Part shown: positions 10,807-22,735 of the stretch, in pieces | Position numbering within the stretch: the stretch's first letter is position 1 | How the letters are laid out: each line of letters opens with the position of its first letter | Assembly (NCBI GenBank): GCA_964016885.1 | Contig: OZ024755.1 | Span: 31,186,001-31,250,000 of the forward strand | Length of the DNA stretch: 64,000 nt | Source: Eledone cirrhosa | Taxonomy: Eukaryota | Direction: 5' to 3' | The notes under the pieces: generated by a model | What the model was told of the DNA's origin: nothing | The model's database searches: none | The model's input: only the letters and a program-made list of their open reading frames with translations | Made by a program: the position numbers and the translations under genes

Positions 10807-12332
10807 TGACCAGGTCATGAAGGTCACAGAAAAAGTTATAGCACAACTAATCAGAGATCGAATTGATCTGGATGAAATGCAGTTTGGGTTTGAGTCAGGT
10901 AAAAGTATTACGGATGCTCTTTCCCTTGTACAGCAACTACTGGAGAAGTACCTAGCTAAAAGTAAACCCCTCTCCTTAGCTTTTGTTGACTTGGAGAAAG
11001 CCTTTGACAGAGTCCCCAGTTCCATTATCTGGTGGGCTCTTAGAAAACTAGGTGTTGATGAATGGCTTATGAGAGCTATACAAGCCATGTATAGGGGAAC
11101 AGTCAACAAGGTTAGAATTAACAATGAATATAGTCAAGAATTTAGCGTAAAAGTCGGTGTTCATCAAGGCTCTGTCCTTAGTCCCCTCCTGTTTATTATT
11201 GCCCTTCAGACTATAACAGAGGAGTTTAAGACCGGCTGCCCATGGGAACTTCTATATGCAGATGGTCTAACGCTCATAGCTGAATTTATGGCTGAACTAG
11301 AGAAGAAATTGCAAACATGGAAGCATGGCCTAGAATCAAAAGGCCTTAAAGTTAACTTCTCTAAGACTAAAGTTCTAGTATGTAGAAAGGAAAATAGGGC
11401 ACAGGTGCCCTCAGGAAAATGGCCATTCTCAGTGTGTAGGAAAGGAGTAGGCAGAAATTCCATTCTATGTCCCAAATGCAAACTATGGGTACATAAAAGA
11501 TGTAGTGTGATCACAGGCAAGCTATCAAAGAACGTAGATTTTCTATGTGGCCGATACTCAGGTGCAATAAGTAGCAAGTGTCCACAGGATACTAGCTCCT
11601 TCTAGTTACCTGGGTGACAAAATCAGCAGTGGTGGTGGGTGCTCTGAAAGTACAGTAGCCATAGTCAGAATGGGATGGAAAAAGTTCAGAGAGCTAATAC
11701 CGCTGTTGGCCACAAAAGGTTTCTCTCTGAAAATGAAAAGCAGATTGTGTGATGCTTGTATACGAACAGCTATGTTACATGGCAGTGAGACATGGGCATT
11801 GTGTGCAGAGGACCTGCGCAGACTGGAGAGGAACGAAGCATGCATGCTCCGTTGGATGTGTAATAGTTAATATACATGAACGGCAAAACATAAATGAATT
11901 AAGTGAGAAATTAGGAATAAGAGGGATCAGATGCTGTTTACTTGAGAGAAGACTACGTTGGTATGGTCACATGATGCGCATGAAGGACAACAGCAGTATA
12001 AAAAAGTGCAGGGCGATCAAAATTGATGGAAGTTACGGAGTAGGTAGACCCAGAAAAACCTGGGACAACATGATAAAATCTGAACTTGCACAGTTACAAC
12101 GTCAATGGATCGAGATCTTTGGCACCACGCAGTGTTACAGAAGACCTGCCTTCCCTACATGCAAAGTAAATCTACAGTCAGTAGGCCCCTCCAAACCGAA
12201 AAACACCCCAACCCAATACTCCACTCCATCCTCTCACTCCCGCCAACACCACCCTTTCTCTATAAAGTTATGTTGGTACCACAACATCCAGCCCAAACTA
12301 ATAAGGTCGTGTAGGTGTCACGACAAAAAAAC
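10807..12332 (+). mobile_element. RTE LINE RT-region fragment, pseudogenised
   Basis: MQFGF, AFVDLEKAFDRVP, GVHQGSVLSPLLF, LLYADG (catalytic YADD mutated); stops and deletions downstream. Confidence 0.94.
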
Positions 12333-12339
12333 ATGACTG

Positions 12340-13270
<931 letters not shown>

Positions 13271-13273
13271 CTG

Positions 13274-13856
13274 GTAACATGTATCCCAGTACAACCTGTC
13301 CCATGGTCGGGTCGTTGGCGACTAAACTGGCAACCCCACCAAGGTTTCTTGGTGAGGAGGGTGACTTTGGACATCCTGCAGGACTAAAAACAAAACCTGT
13401 CAAAGGGCAAAGGAGCTCTTAAGAGTCAATGGCCATCCAAAATCACCGGGAGAGATGACCCCTTAGCCTTTGTCAAGGCAGAATTCTAGGAGAAGGAAAA
13501 CTCTGATATAACACCTGCAACCCTGATGGTATCCAATGATGTTGACTTGTTCTTCTTTTTGGTAAATATCATCTTGGTTAAGAGAGTGGGACTGGCTTTG
13601 TGCAGTGCCTTTGCTCACTATAAAAGCTTCACGGCACAGGCATTGCTTTATATCTGGAGATCTCTCTGCACTTGTCGTCACATGGTACCATGGGCCCAGC
13701 ACTATGTGTCAGTAATTGTCACAAGTGTAGTGTTTGTACCAGAGTTTTCAAGTCGCTGGCTGGACTAAAAAGTCACACTCGTTCAGCGCATCGGTAGGGG
13801 TTCTCCTACATGGATATAAAGTAGTGGCCGTACTCGAAAACGAGTTGGCAGCCACC

Positions 13857-13857
<1 letters not shown>
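13274..13857 (+). mobile_element. Non-autonomous RTE-derived element, most complete copy (~580 bp)
   Basis: 3' part encodes [25 protein letters not shown] (C-x2-C-x12-H-x4-H), then a short UTR ending ggcagccacca(TA)n; flanked by TA tracts. Confidence 0.82.
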
Positions 13858-13889
<32 letters not shown>

Positions 13890-13893
13890 TGTA

Positions 13894-14118
13894 TCACGCT
13901 GTAATGTGGCCGTGTAGGCAACACGGTAAAAACCTCCCAGACCCACACTGTAAATGTGGTTGGTGTTAGGAAGGGCATCCAACTGTAGAAAACCTGCCAG
14001 ACAGTCCTATGCGAGCAAGACAATCACTCTTGCCTCAAGTGGGACTACCCCCGTCCAAACCCATGCAAGCGTGGAACACGGACGTTAAACGTTGATGATG
14101 ATGATGATGATGATGATG
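13894..14118 (+). mobile_element. RTE family A 3' UTR; inverted twin of 14181-14402
   Basis: Reverse complement of the neighbouring copy, including the private variant gggactaccccc. Confidence 0.9.
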
Positions 14119-14171
<53 letters not shown>

Positions 14172-14180
14172 TATGTATAT

Positions 14181-15404
14181 ATCATCATCATCATCATCAT
14201 CATCAACGTTTAACGTCCGTGTTCCACGCTTGCATGGGTTTGGACGGGGGTAGTCCCACTTGAGGCAAGAGTGATTGTCTTGCTCGCATAGGACTGTCTG
14301 GCAGGTTTTCTACAGTTGGATGCCCTTCCTAACACCAACCACATTTACAGTGTGGGTCTGGGAGGTTTTTACCGTGTTGCCTACACGGCCACATTACAGC
14401 GTGGACTGTGTGTTTTTTTGTCGTGACACCTACACGATCTCATTTGTTTCGGCCTGGATGGCGCGGCACCAACATAACTTTACATAGAACGGGGTGGTGT
14501 GGATGGGGTGGGGGTGGTGGTGGTGGGACGGGGTGTATTTTGTTAGAGATGCCTACTGGCTGGAGTAGGTTTTACTATATATTTAGGTAAGGCGGGTCTT
14601 CTCTGTTACTGAGTACCGCCAAAGGTCTCGGTCCAGTGACATTGTCTTGGAGAGGTGTAAGTGTGTGATGTCGGAGTTTATCAGCTCGTCCCAGGTTTTT
14701 CTAGGTCTGCCTATTCCGTGACTACCGTCTATCTTTATTGCCCTGCACTTTGTTATACAGCTATCGACTTTCATGCGCATCACGTGTCCATACCAACGTA
14801 GCCTTCTCTCGAGTAAACAACATCTGATCCCTCTTATCTCTAATTTTTTCCGTAGTTCGTTTATGCTTTGCCGTTCACGTATATTACTGTTACACATCCA
14901 GCGGAGCATGCAAGCTTCGTTCCTCTCTAGTCTGCGTATATCCTCTGCACACAATGCCCAGGTCTCACTGCCATGCAGCATTGCTGTTCGTATGCAGGCA
15001 TCGTACAACCTGCCTTTCATTTTTAGTGAGAACCCTTTAGCAGCTAATAGTGGTATAAGCTCTCTGAACTTTTTCCAACCAGTTCTGACTCTAGCTACAG
15101 TACTTTCAGAGCACCCTCCCCCACTGCTGATTTTATCGCCCAGGTAACAGAAGCTGTCCACTATTTCTATAGAACCCTCTGCGCAATTGAAAGAGCTAGT
15201 AGTTTGTGGGCACTTGCTGCTACTTATTGCACCAGAGCACCGGCCACATGTAAAATCTATGTTCTTAGTTAGCTTACCTGTGATCCCACTACATCTTTTA
15301 TGCACCCATACTTTGCATTTAGGACATAAAATGGAGTTTCTACCTACGCCTTTCCTACACACCGAGCACGACCATTTCCCAGAAGGGACCGCCGCCTTGT
15401 TTTC
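14181..15404 (-). mobile_element. 5'-truncated RTE family A copy (C-terminal ORF 14583-15362 open)
   Basis: 259-aa frame with PHD-like cysteines, FCYLGDKIS, MLHGSETW, RLRWYGHV and GRPRKTW; full 3' UTR and (CAT)n tail. Confidence 0.95.
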
Positions 15405-15534
15405 ATATATATATGTACAATATATATGTATATATATATATATGTATGTATATATATATATATGTATGTATATATATATATATATATATAGACAGATTTA
15501 TCTAACATGCTTTTCTCTTTCCTTTTTCTTTTAG

Positions 15535-16162
15535 GAAACATGTGACAATAATTCCTCTCCTGTTTACTTTGATGAAATACTCAGAAAACCTTTTGATGTG
15601 ACCCACACAATATGTCTCAGTGTCATAAAGAGGACTAACTACATTAGCAACTCTATCCACTATAGTCACAACAGCAGCAGACGATAAATACAGCATAAAA
15701 ATATACAAAGAAAAACGAAGGAAAGTCTATTAAATTGAGAAAGATTAAATGTATATTGGACACAGCAAAGACGACCCGGAAATGACCTTTGCCCTTGCCC
15801 ATCACCGATAATGTTATTATCATTAGCATTATTATTTTAATTATTATTCGATTTCTAACAATGACACTGTTAATGCTGATTTCGTTTTACCTGCCCATCT
15901 TTCACAAGTCTAACTTTTGCTATTTTTGATCAAAACTTTCTAACATCTCTTCCCACTTACCCACCCCCACTTTTTCATTGAATTGTTTGCTGATCAACCT
16001 CGCCACACACCGGATATTTCATACAAGTGTGTCAATTGTGGAGATCCTCAAGCATGTATGGTCACTATAGTTGTCGAAAGCAAGCCGTCCGTGGAACATA
16101 CAACTATCATCACATATGTATCTTTCTCTTCACTATGCTCATGCTGTTACGTTACCAACCAG
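15535..16162 (+). other. Candidate exon of an unknown spliced transcript
   Basis: Branch-like tCTAAC (15501), polypyrimidine tract and TAG acceptor at 15534; CAG|GTAGGT donor at 16162; unique sequence; 50 open codons (ETCDNNSSPVYFDEILRKPFD...) before TAA at 15685. Confidence 0.4.
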
Positions 16163-16202
16163 GTAGGTTTTTAAAAGCTTTTCTTTATTGTCTGACTTGA
16201 AC

Positions 16203-16246
<44 letters not shown>

Positions 16247-16249
<3 letters not shown>

Positions 16250-16590
16250 AATGAATAGGACCCCGACGGCTGAGCTCCAGCCGTTTCGACGGCTAATTCT
16301 GGACTAAATGAACATTTTTATCCTGGTAAATGAATAGAATTATGTGTCTCAACAACAAACTTTTGACCAACCTTGTGACAATCACTTTTACCATATATGG
16401 AATTACCCCCTGAGAAGCTTGACTATTCATTTACCAGGATAAACATTTTTATTTAGTCCAGAATTAGCCGTCGAAACGGCTTGAGCTCAGCCGTCGGGGT
16501 CCTATTCGTTCCTATTACCCACTATACTACCCTAAGTATTGAGTACTTTGGTGCGTTATGGTCCATCTTGTTCCTTACCATATTTCCTTC
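16247..16590 (+). mobile_element. Penelope-like pLTR / retrozyme-like unit with inverted 5' copy and hammerhead-like motif (copy 2)
   Basis: 16247-16337 is the reverse complement of 16422-16515; motif ACCCC-CTGAGA...GAAA-CGGCT(tgagctc)AGCCG-TC-GGGGT at 16405-16500. Confidence 0.7.
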
Positions 16591-16601
16591 GTTATATATA
16601 T

Positions 16602-19298
16602 ATCATCATCATCATCATCATCGTTTAACGTCCATGTTCCACGCTTGCATGGGTTTGGACGGGAGTTTTCCCACTTGAGGCAAGAGTGGTTGTCTTGCTC
16701 GCATAGGACTGTCTGGCGGGTTTTCTACAGCTGGATGCCCTTGCTAACACCAACCACATTTACAGTGTGGGACTGGGAGGTTTTTACCGTGTTGCCTACA
16801 CGGCCACATTACAGCGTGGACTGTGTGTTTTTTTGTCGTGACACCTACACGATCTCATTTGTTTCAGCCTGGATGTTGTGGCACCAACATAACTTTACAT
16901 TGAAAGGGGCGGTGTGGATGGGGTGGGGGTGGTGGGACGGGGGTGTGTTTTGTTAGAGATACCTACTGACTGTAGTAGGTTTTACTTTGTATTCAGGTAA
17001 GGCGGGTCTTCTCTATTACTGAGTACCGTCAAAGATCTCGGTCCAGTGACATTGTCTTGGAGAGGTGTAAGTGTGTCAGGTCGGAATTTATCAGGTCGTC
17101 CCAGGTTTTTCTGGGTTTGCCTACTCCGTGGCTACCGTCTATCTTTATTGCGCTGCACTTTTTTATACAGCTGTCGTCTTTCATGCGCATCACGTGACCA
17201 TACCAACATAGCCTTCTCTCGAGTAAATAACATCTGATCCCTCTTATTTCTAATTTTTCCCTTAGTTCGTTTATGCTTTGCCGTTCGCGTATATTACTAT
17301 TACACATCCAGCGGAGCATGCAAGCTTTGTTCCTCTCTAGTCTGCATATATCCTCTGCACACAATGCCCAGGTCTCACTGCCATGCAACATTGCTGTTCG
17401 TATGCAGGCATCATACAGCCTGCCTTTCATTTTTAGGGAGAACCCTTTAGCGGCTAATAGTGGTATAAGCTCTCTGAACTTTTTCCATCCAGTTCTGACT
17501 CTAGCTACTGTATTTTCAGAGCACCCTCCCCCACTGCTGATTTTGTCACCCAGGTAATGGAAGCTGTCCACTATTTCTATAGAACCCTCTGCGCAATTGA
17601 AAGAGCTAGTATTTTGTGGGCACTTGCTGCTACTTATTGCACCAGAGCACCGGCCACATGTAAAATCTATGTTCTTAGTTAGCTTACCTGTGATCCCACT
17701 ACATCTTTTATGCACCCATACTTTGCATTTGGGACATAAAATGGAGTTTCTACCTACGCCTTTCCTACACACTGAGCATGGCCATTTCCCGGAAGGGACC
17801 GGCGCCTTATTTTCTTTCCTACAAACTAGAACTTTAGTCTTAGCCAGGTTAATTTTAAGGCCTTTTGATTCTAGGCCGTGCTTCCATGTTTGGAATTTCT
17901 TCTCTAGCTCGGCCATTGATTCAGCTATGAGCATTAGATCATCTGCGTATAGGAGTTCCCATGGGCAGCTGGTCTTGAACTCCACTGTTATAGCCTGTAG
18001 GGCAATAATAAATAGTAGGGGGCTAAGAACAGAGCCCTGATGAACACCAACTTTTACGCTAAACTCTTCACTATATTCGTTGTTAATTCTAACCTTGCTG
18101 ACTGTTTCTTTATACATGGCTTGTATAGCTCTCACAAGCCATTCATCAACACCTAGTTTTCTAAGAGCCCACCAGATAATGGAACGGGGGACTCTGTCGA
18201 AGGCTTTCTCCAAGTCGACAAAAGCTAAGTATAGGGGTTTACTTTTAGCTAGGTACTTCTCCTGTAGTTGTCGTACAATGAAAAGAGCGTCTGTGGTACT
18301 TTTGCCTGACACAAACCCGAACTGCATTTCATCTAGATCAATTCTCTCTCTGATTAGTTGCACTATTACTTTTTCCGTGACCTTCATGACCTGGGCGATT
18401 AATTTAATGCCTCTATAGTTACTCCTATCTAGGGCGTCTCCTTTACCCTTGTAACAGTTAATGATGATGCTGCTATGCCAGTCCTTCGGAACAACCCCAT
18501 TCTGTATGACTTGGTTTACTATCCGGGTGACCATGGTGTGTCCCACCGTTCTAGAGGCTTTCAGCATCTCAGCAACTATTTCCGAAGGCCCAGCCGCCTT
18601 ACCCGTCTTCATATCTTTGATTGCCTTACTTATTATACTACCTTCAACTAACACTGCTGGTCCCTCTATTGGATCGATCTGGGGGAGACTATCCTTCTCC
18701 CATTTATTCTCCTCATTTAGTAGCCTTTCGTAGTGACACTTCCAAGCTACCTTCTTATCAGCGCCAGTGATGGCAAGTACGCCATCATCATTTAGTACAC
18801 ACTTCTCCCCGACAATATCACGGTTTTCCTTGACACATTGCCTAGCAATCCTGAACACCTCACGTTTTTGGTCCTTGCGTTGTAGAACATGCTTGAACTT
18901 TCTTTCCTCTGCTTCCCTTCTTGCGAAGTACACTTGTTTCCTAGCTTCCCTCCTGGCCACTTGATAGTCTTCTCTACTTCCCCCATCCCGCCATACTTTC
19001 TAAGCCTGCTTTTTGGCCTTAATCGACTCCTCCACCTTACTGTTCCACCACCATGTTACTCTCCTCCTGCCTATAGGCCTGCTCCGGCCACAGACTTCAT
19101 CTGCGCCATCAGCAGGTTTGCTTTCAGGAATTCCCACTGTCCCTCTATATTGTACGACTCTAAATGCTCTTCCTTACTGTCGAAAGCATCAAGTAATATG
19201 CTTTGAAATTTATTTCTGGCTGTGGGGTCCTTTAGCTTCCATATTTTTCTCCTGAGGATAGTCCTCTTCTGCTGTCGGGTACGTCTCGTCCTGACTAT
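16602..19298 (-). mobile_element. Longest RTE family A copy (5'-truncated, 2.7 kb)
   Basis: Contains the 643-aa ORF, upstream frameshifted linker, 3' UTR and (CAT)n tail. Confidence 0.96.
17029..18960 (-). CDS. RTE LINE reverse transcriptase region with downstream PHD-like finger (partial, premature stop near the end)
   Basis: KAAGPSEI, YKGKGD...NYRGIKL, MQFGF, FVDLEKAFDRVP, GVHQGSVLSP, LLYADD, C4HC3 cluster, MLHGSETW, GKPRKTW. Confidence 0.95.
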   Translation of the reverse strand: MARREARKQVYFARREAEERKFKHVLQRKDQKREVFRIARQCVKENRDIVGEKCVLNDDGVLAITGADKKVAWKCHYERLLNEENKWEKDSLPQIDPIEGPAVLVEGSIISKAIKDMKTGKAAGPSEIVAEMLKASRTVGHTMVTRIVNQVIQNGVVPKDWHSSIIINCYKGKGDALDRSNYRGIKLIAQVMKVTEKVIVQLIRERIDLDEMQFGFVSGKSTTDALFIVRQLQEKYLAKSKPLYLAFVDLEKAFDRVPRSIIWWALRKLGVDEWLVRAIQAMYKETVSKVRINNEYSEEFSVKVGVHQGSVLSPLLFIIALQAITVEFKTSCPWELLYADDLMLIAESMAELEKKFQTWKHGLESKGLKINLAKTKVLVCRKENKAPVPSGKWPCSVCRKGVGRNSILCPKCKVWVHKRCSGITGKLTKNIDFTCGRCSGAISSSKCPQNTSSFNCAEGSIEIVDSFHYLGDKISSGGGCSENTVARVRTGWKKFRELIPLLAAKGFSLKMKGRLYDACIRTAMLHGSETWALCAEDICRLERNKACMLRWMCNSNIRERQSINELREKLEIRGIRCYLLERRLCWYGHVMRMKDDSCIKKCSAIKIDGSHGVGKPRKTWDDLINSDLTHLHLSKTMSLDRDL

Positions 19299-20403
19299 AG
19301 AGTTCACAAGAATCAAAGCTATGTTCAAAGCATTTATTCACTTACAATTGTTTCATCCAAACCGAGGCTTGGAGTCTTCGGAGCATTTTTCAATGCTTGT
19401 ACATATAATTGACCTCCTATCCAACGCAAAAGACATACAGATACATATATATATTGATGTACAGTGGAGTGACATCATCATCATCATCATCAACGTTTAA
19501 CGTCCGTGTTCCACGCTTGCATGGGTTTGGACGGGGGTTTTCCCACTTGAGGCAAGAGTGATTATCTTGCTCGCATAGGACTATCTGGCGGGTTTTCTAC
19601 AGCTGGATGCCCTTCCTAACACCAACCACATTTACAGTGTGGGGCTGGGAGGTTTTTACCGTGTTGCCTACACGGCCACATTTATTATACTATATATTAT
19701 ACTATATATTATATTATACTATACTATATTTGTATAGCAAATCAACCTATTCTATAAATATGGATTAATAACACTGAGCCTCAATACGTTACAACCATTT
19801 ACTACATCAAACATTCAATACAAATTCATCGTAACATATGGGATGGGTGTGAAAACTATAACTTCCTTTTTCTGAATGTGAAAATGGTGGTGGATGCGGA
19901 AACTATAACTTTCTTTTTCTTTTTCTTTTTCTGCACGCATACTTTTTTGATCTATACAAAAAATACCCTCCCACTACAACCACCATAATACTCTTGCTTA
20001 CCCGCTTAAAGTGATTGTATTACATGTAATAACTTGCCACACAATACTCGTATATAAATGAGACACACTTGCATGCTCCATGTATGACTAACGCATACAC
20101 TACCTACTAGATCTGACTATCAAACTATCCTCTTGCATTATCTGTGATATCTGCCGCATGTATTTTAGTTTTAATTTTTATTTTAAATTTGATTTGCTAT
20201 ACAAATATAATATAGTATAATATATGTCACTCCACTGTACATCAATATATATATGTATCTGTATGTCTCTTGCGTTGGATAGAAGGTCAATTATATGTAC
20301 AAGCATTGAAAAATGCTCTTAAGACACCAAGCCTAGGTTTGGATGAAACAATTGTAAGTGAATAAATGTTTTGAACATAGCTTTGATTCTTGTGAATTCT
20401 ATA
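19296..20403. mobile_element. Penelope-like inverted pLTR pair, left arm interrupted by an RTE 3' fragment
   Basis: 19296-19474 is inverted to 20224-20403, and 19718-19746 to 20189-20218; hammerhead-like c(c/t)gaagactccaag..tttggatGAAAcaattgTAag. Confidence 0.68.
19473..19682 (-). mobile_element. RTE family A 3' UTR fragment
   Basis: (CAT)n tail plus UTR; nested in the inverted-repeat arm. Confidence 0.9.
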
Positions 20404-20575
20404 TAACTGCTCTGTAGAACAACTGATGTTCTTGTATTGAGCTATTTATCTTACTGGTAATAAGGTAGTAATAAATTACTGACCTTCTCTGTTTATAGTT
20501 TAAAATATACATAACTATAAAAAGTTTAAAATATACATAACTATAAATAGTATCCTTAATATATATATATATATA

Positions 20576-20960
20576 TAATATATAAGAACAAAAGATGGTT
20601 AAAAGAGTTCCATGTATTTTATTATGCGCATTTCAAAAACAAATATCATCATGCAATAATATTTGTGTTTTCATCAGATAAAATAGGAAGACATGATATG
20701 AAGGTTAAAAAACACTTGTGGATAGTGCAGTTTTAAATCAACTGCACTATCCACAAGTATTTTTTAACCTTCATATCATGTCTTCCTATTTTATCTGATG
20801 AAAACACAAATATTATTGCATGATGATATTTGTTTTTGAAATGCGCATAATAAAATACATGGAACTCTTTTAACCATCTTTTGTTTTTATATATTATGTA
20901 TACTCCAGTCCTACAAACTGTAGAGTGCTTCTTATCCGATATCTGCATTGCTTTATTGTA
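20576..20960. mobile_element. Fold-back pLTR-like unit (~155-bp arms, 7-nt loop)
   Basis: 20576-20732 is a near-perfect inverse of 20740-20897, followed by tactccagtcctacaaactgtagagtgc. Confidence 0.75.
20787..20857 (+). ncRNA. Type I minimal hammerhead ribozyme (mirror copy on minus strand at 20615-20685)
   Basis: Stem I TATTTTAT/ATAAAATA; core CTGATGA; stem II aaacacaaatat/atatttgttttt; GAAA; palindromic stem III ATGCGCAT; predicted cleavage after A20849. Confidence 0.78.
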
Positions 20961-20980
20961 CTACAATAAAACTCACCTCC

Positions 20981-21049
<69 letters not shown>

Positions 21050-21080
21050 AGTTACCAAACACTTATTTATATCATAATTT

Positions 21081-21120
21081 GATTTACAATTGTTTCATCC
21101 TCATGGCACTCATCGGAATC
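21081..21120 (-). ncRNA. Minimal hammerhead-like motif (core CCGATGA variant)
   Basis: Minus strand: gatt-CCGATGA-gtgcc(atga)ggat-GAAA-caattg-TA-aatc. Confidence 0.55.
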
Positions 21121-21371
21121 AATCATTTTATAAATACCTCAACAAGTTTATCTTTTTCAAGACACAAAAAGTCCATAGAGTTTTGTTTACATTTTACAAA
21201 ACATACACCTTTCCAGTTTTTATATTTGTAAACGAATTTCTTAATATGTATATATATATATATCATCATTGTTTAAAGTCCACTTTCCATTCTAGCATAT
21301 ATATAAAAATAGTTTTTAAATAATTAAAATTTACACAGACATGTATATAATGTAAAATGAAATTGGAAGGC

Positions 21372-21435
<64 letters not shown>

Positions 21436-22004
21436 ATATTAAATAAATGGAAACTATATTTATAAAACCATATTTATTCTATTATATATATTTCAAGGGT
21501 ACCAAGAACCTTATCCCTTTTGCTTATATATATATATATCTGTTAGACACGCAGTGACTAACAACAGAATGTTTTAAGTCTGCGTGTCTGACATACATGC
21601 GTAGCTTGTGAATAAAAATTTCAAGGGGTATCGCTGGCCGTGGTGATGCGTCCCAAACATCTTTTGTAATGTATCGTCTTATTGGCTAATCAACCAACGA
21701 GAGTAATTGTTGCTCAAAAGCATCCACCACTTTGTTTCCACGTTTATTTATTGTTTCGCTTTCGAATCTTCCTCCAGTATTTTGTCGTTTTATCAAAATA
21801 TTTATCTCGTTTTGGTAAGTTATATTGTTAATTTATATATGATTTTTTAAATTTATATTAACTATTAAAAGTCTGAAAATATTTTTATACATCTTACTAT
21901 ATTTATAAGATCATTTATAAAATAACAATTACAACGATAATTTATTATTAATATATATCCTGTTTAACTAGAGTTATTACAAGCGTTGCCTTAAAAAAAT
22001 ATTA

Positions 22005-22437
22005 AACTAGACCTGAAAAATGCGCAAGCTCAAAAGACACACAGAATGTTATAATAAACCTTCAAAAGTGTGGGACTAGAGTTGTCGCTCAAAAATATTG
22101 TAATCATTATCTATCGTACACTCTGTGGCATCCTTTTATAAAAAAGAGACTCATAACGAACTCAAGACGGCACAATAATTATTTAAGTGAATTTATAATA
22201 TAGAATTCGGTTTAAGTGCATTTCGTATTAATCATTACTAAACATCTAATATGAGATATTGAACATTAGCTTAAATAATTATCGTTATGCGTCTCTTTTT
22301 TATAAAAGGATGTCACAGAGTGTACGATAGATAATGATTACAATATTTTTGAACAACAATTCTCGTCCCACACTTTTGAAGGTTTATTATAACATTCTGT
22401 GGCTCTTTTGAGCTTGCGCATTTTTCAGGTCTAGTTT
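22005..22437. mobile_element. MITE / fold-back element with ~155-bp terminal inverted repeats
   Basis: aaactagacctgaaaaatgcgcaagctcaaaag... versus ...cttttgagcttgcgcatttttcaggtctagttt; no ORF. Confidence 0.75.
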
Positions 22438-22469
22438 ATATATATGTATATATGTGTGTGTGTGTGAAG

Positions 22470-22735
22470 ATGATGGCATATTGGTTTCATGTACATAAGG
22501 TCTTAGGTTGAATTCCTGGACTTTGTGGTGCACTGTCTCCTTGAGCAAGACACTTTATTTCATACTGCTTTTCATGATATAACTGTGGCAACTATCCTTA
22601 AAACACTGTCTCATAGAAGGGCTGCTAAACCTGCAGAGGTGCGAGTTGTAATAACATGATAGGACTGAAGCTCCTATCATTAAAAAAACACAAGAAACCT
22701 TCTATAAGATGCACCCTCATACAGGCAGCTCTAAA
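22470..22735 (+). mobile_element. Old degraded SINE (CORE-like centre, body similar to 7940-8125)
   Basis: ggttgaattcc B-box remnant, ccttgagcaagacactttatttca; ggcaacta.ctt.aaaacac and taacatgataggactg shared with 7945-8070. Confidence 0.5.
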
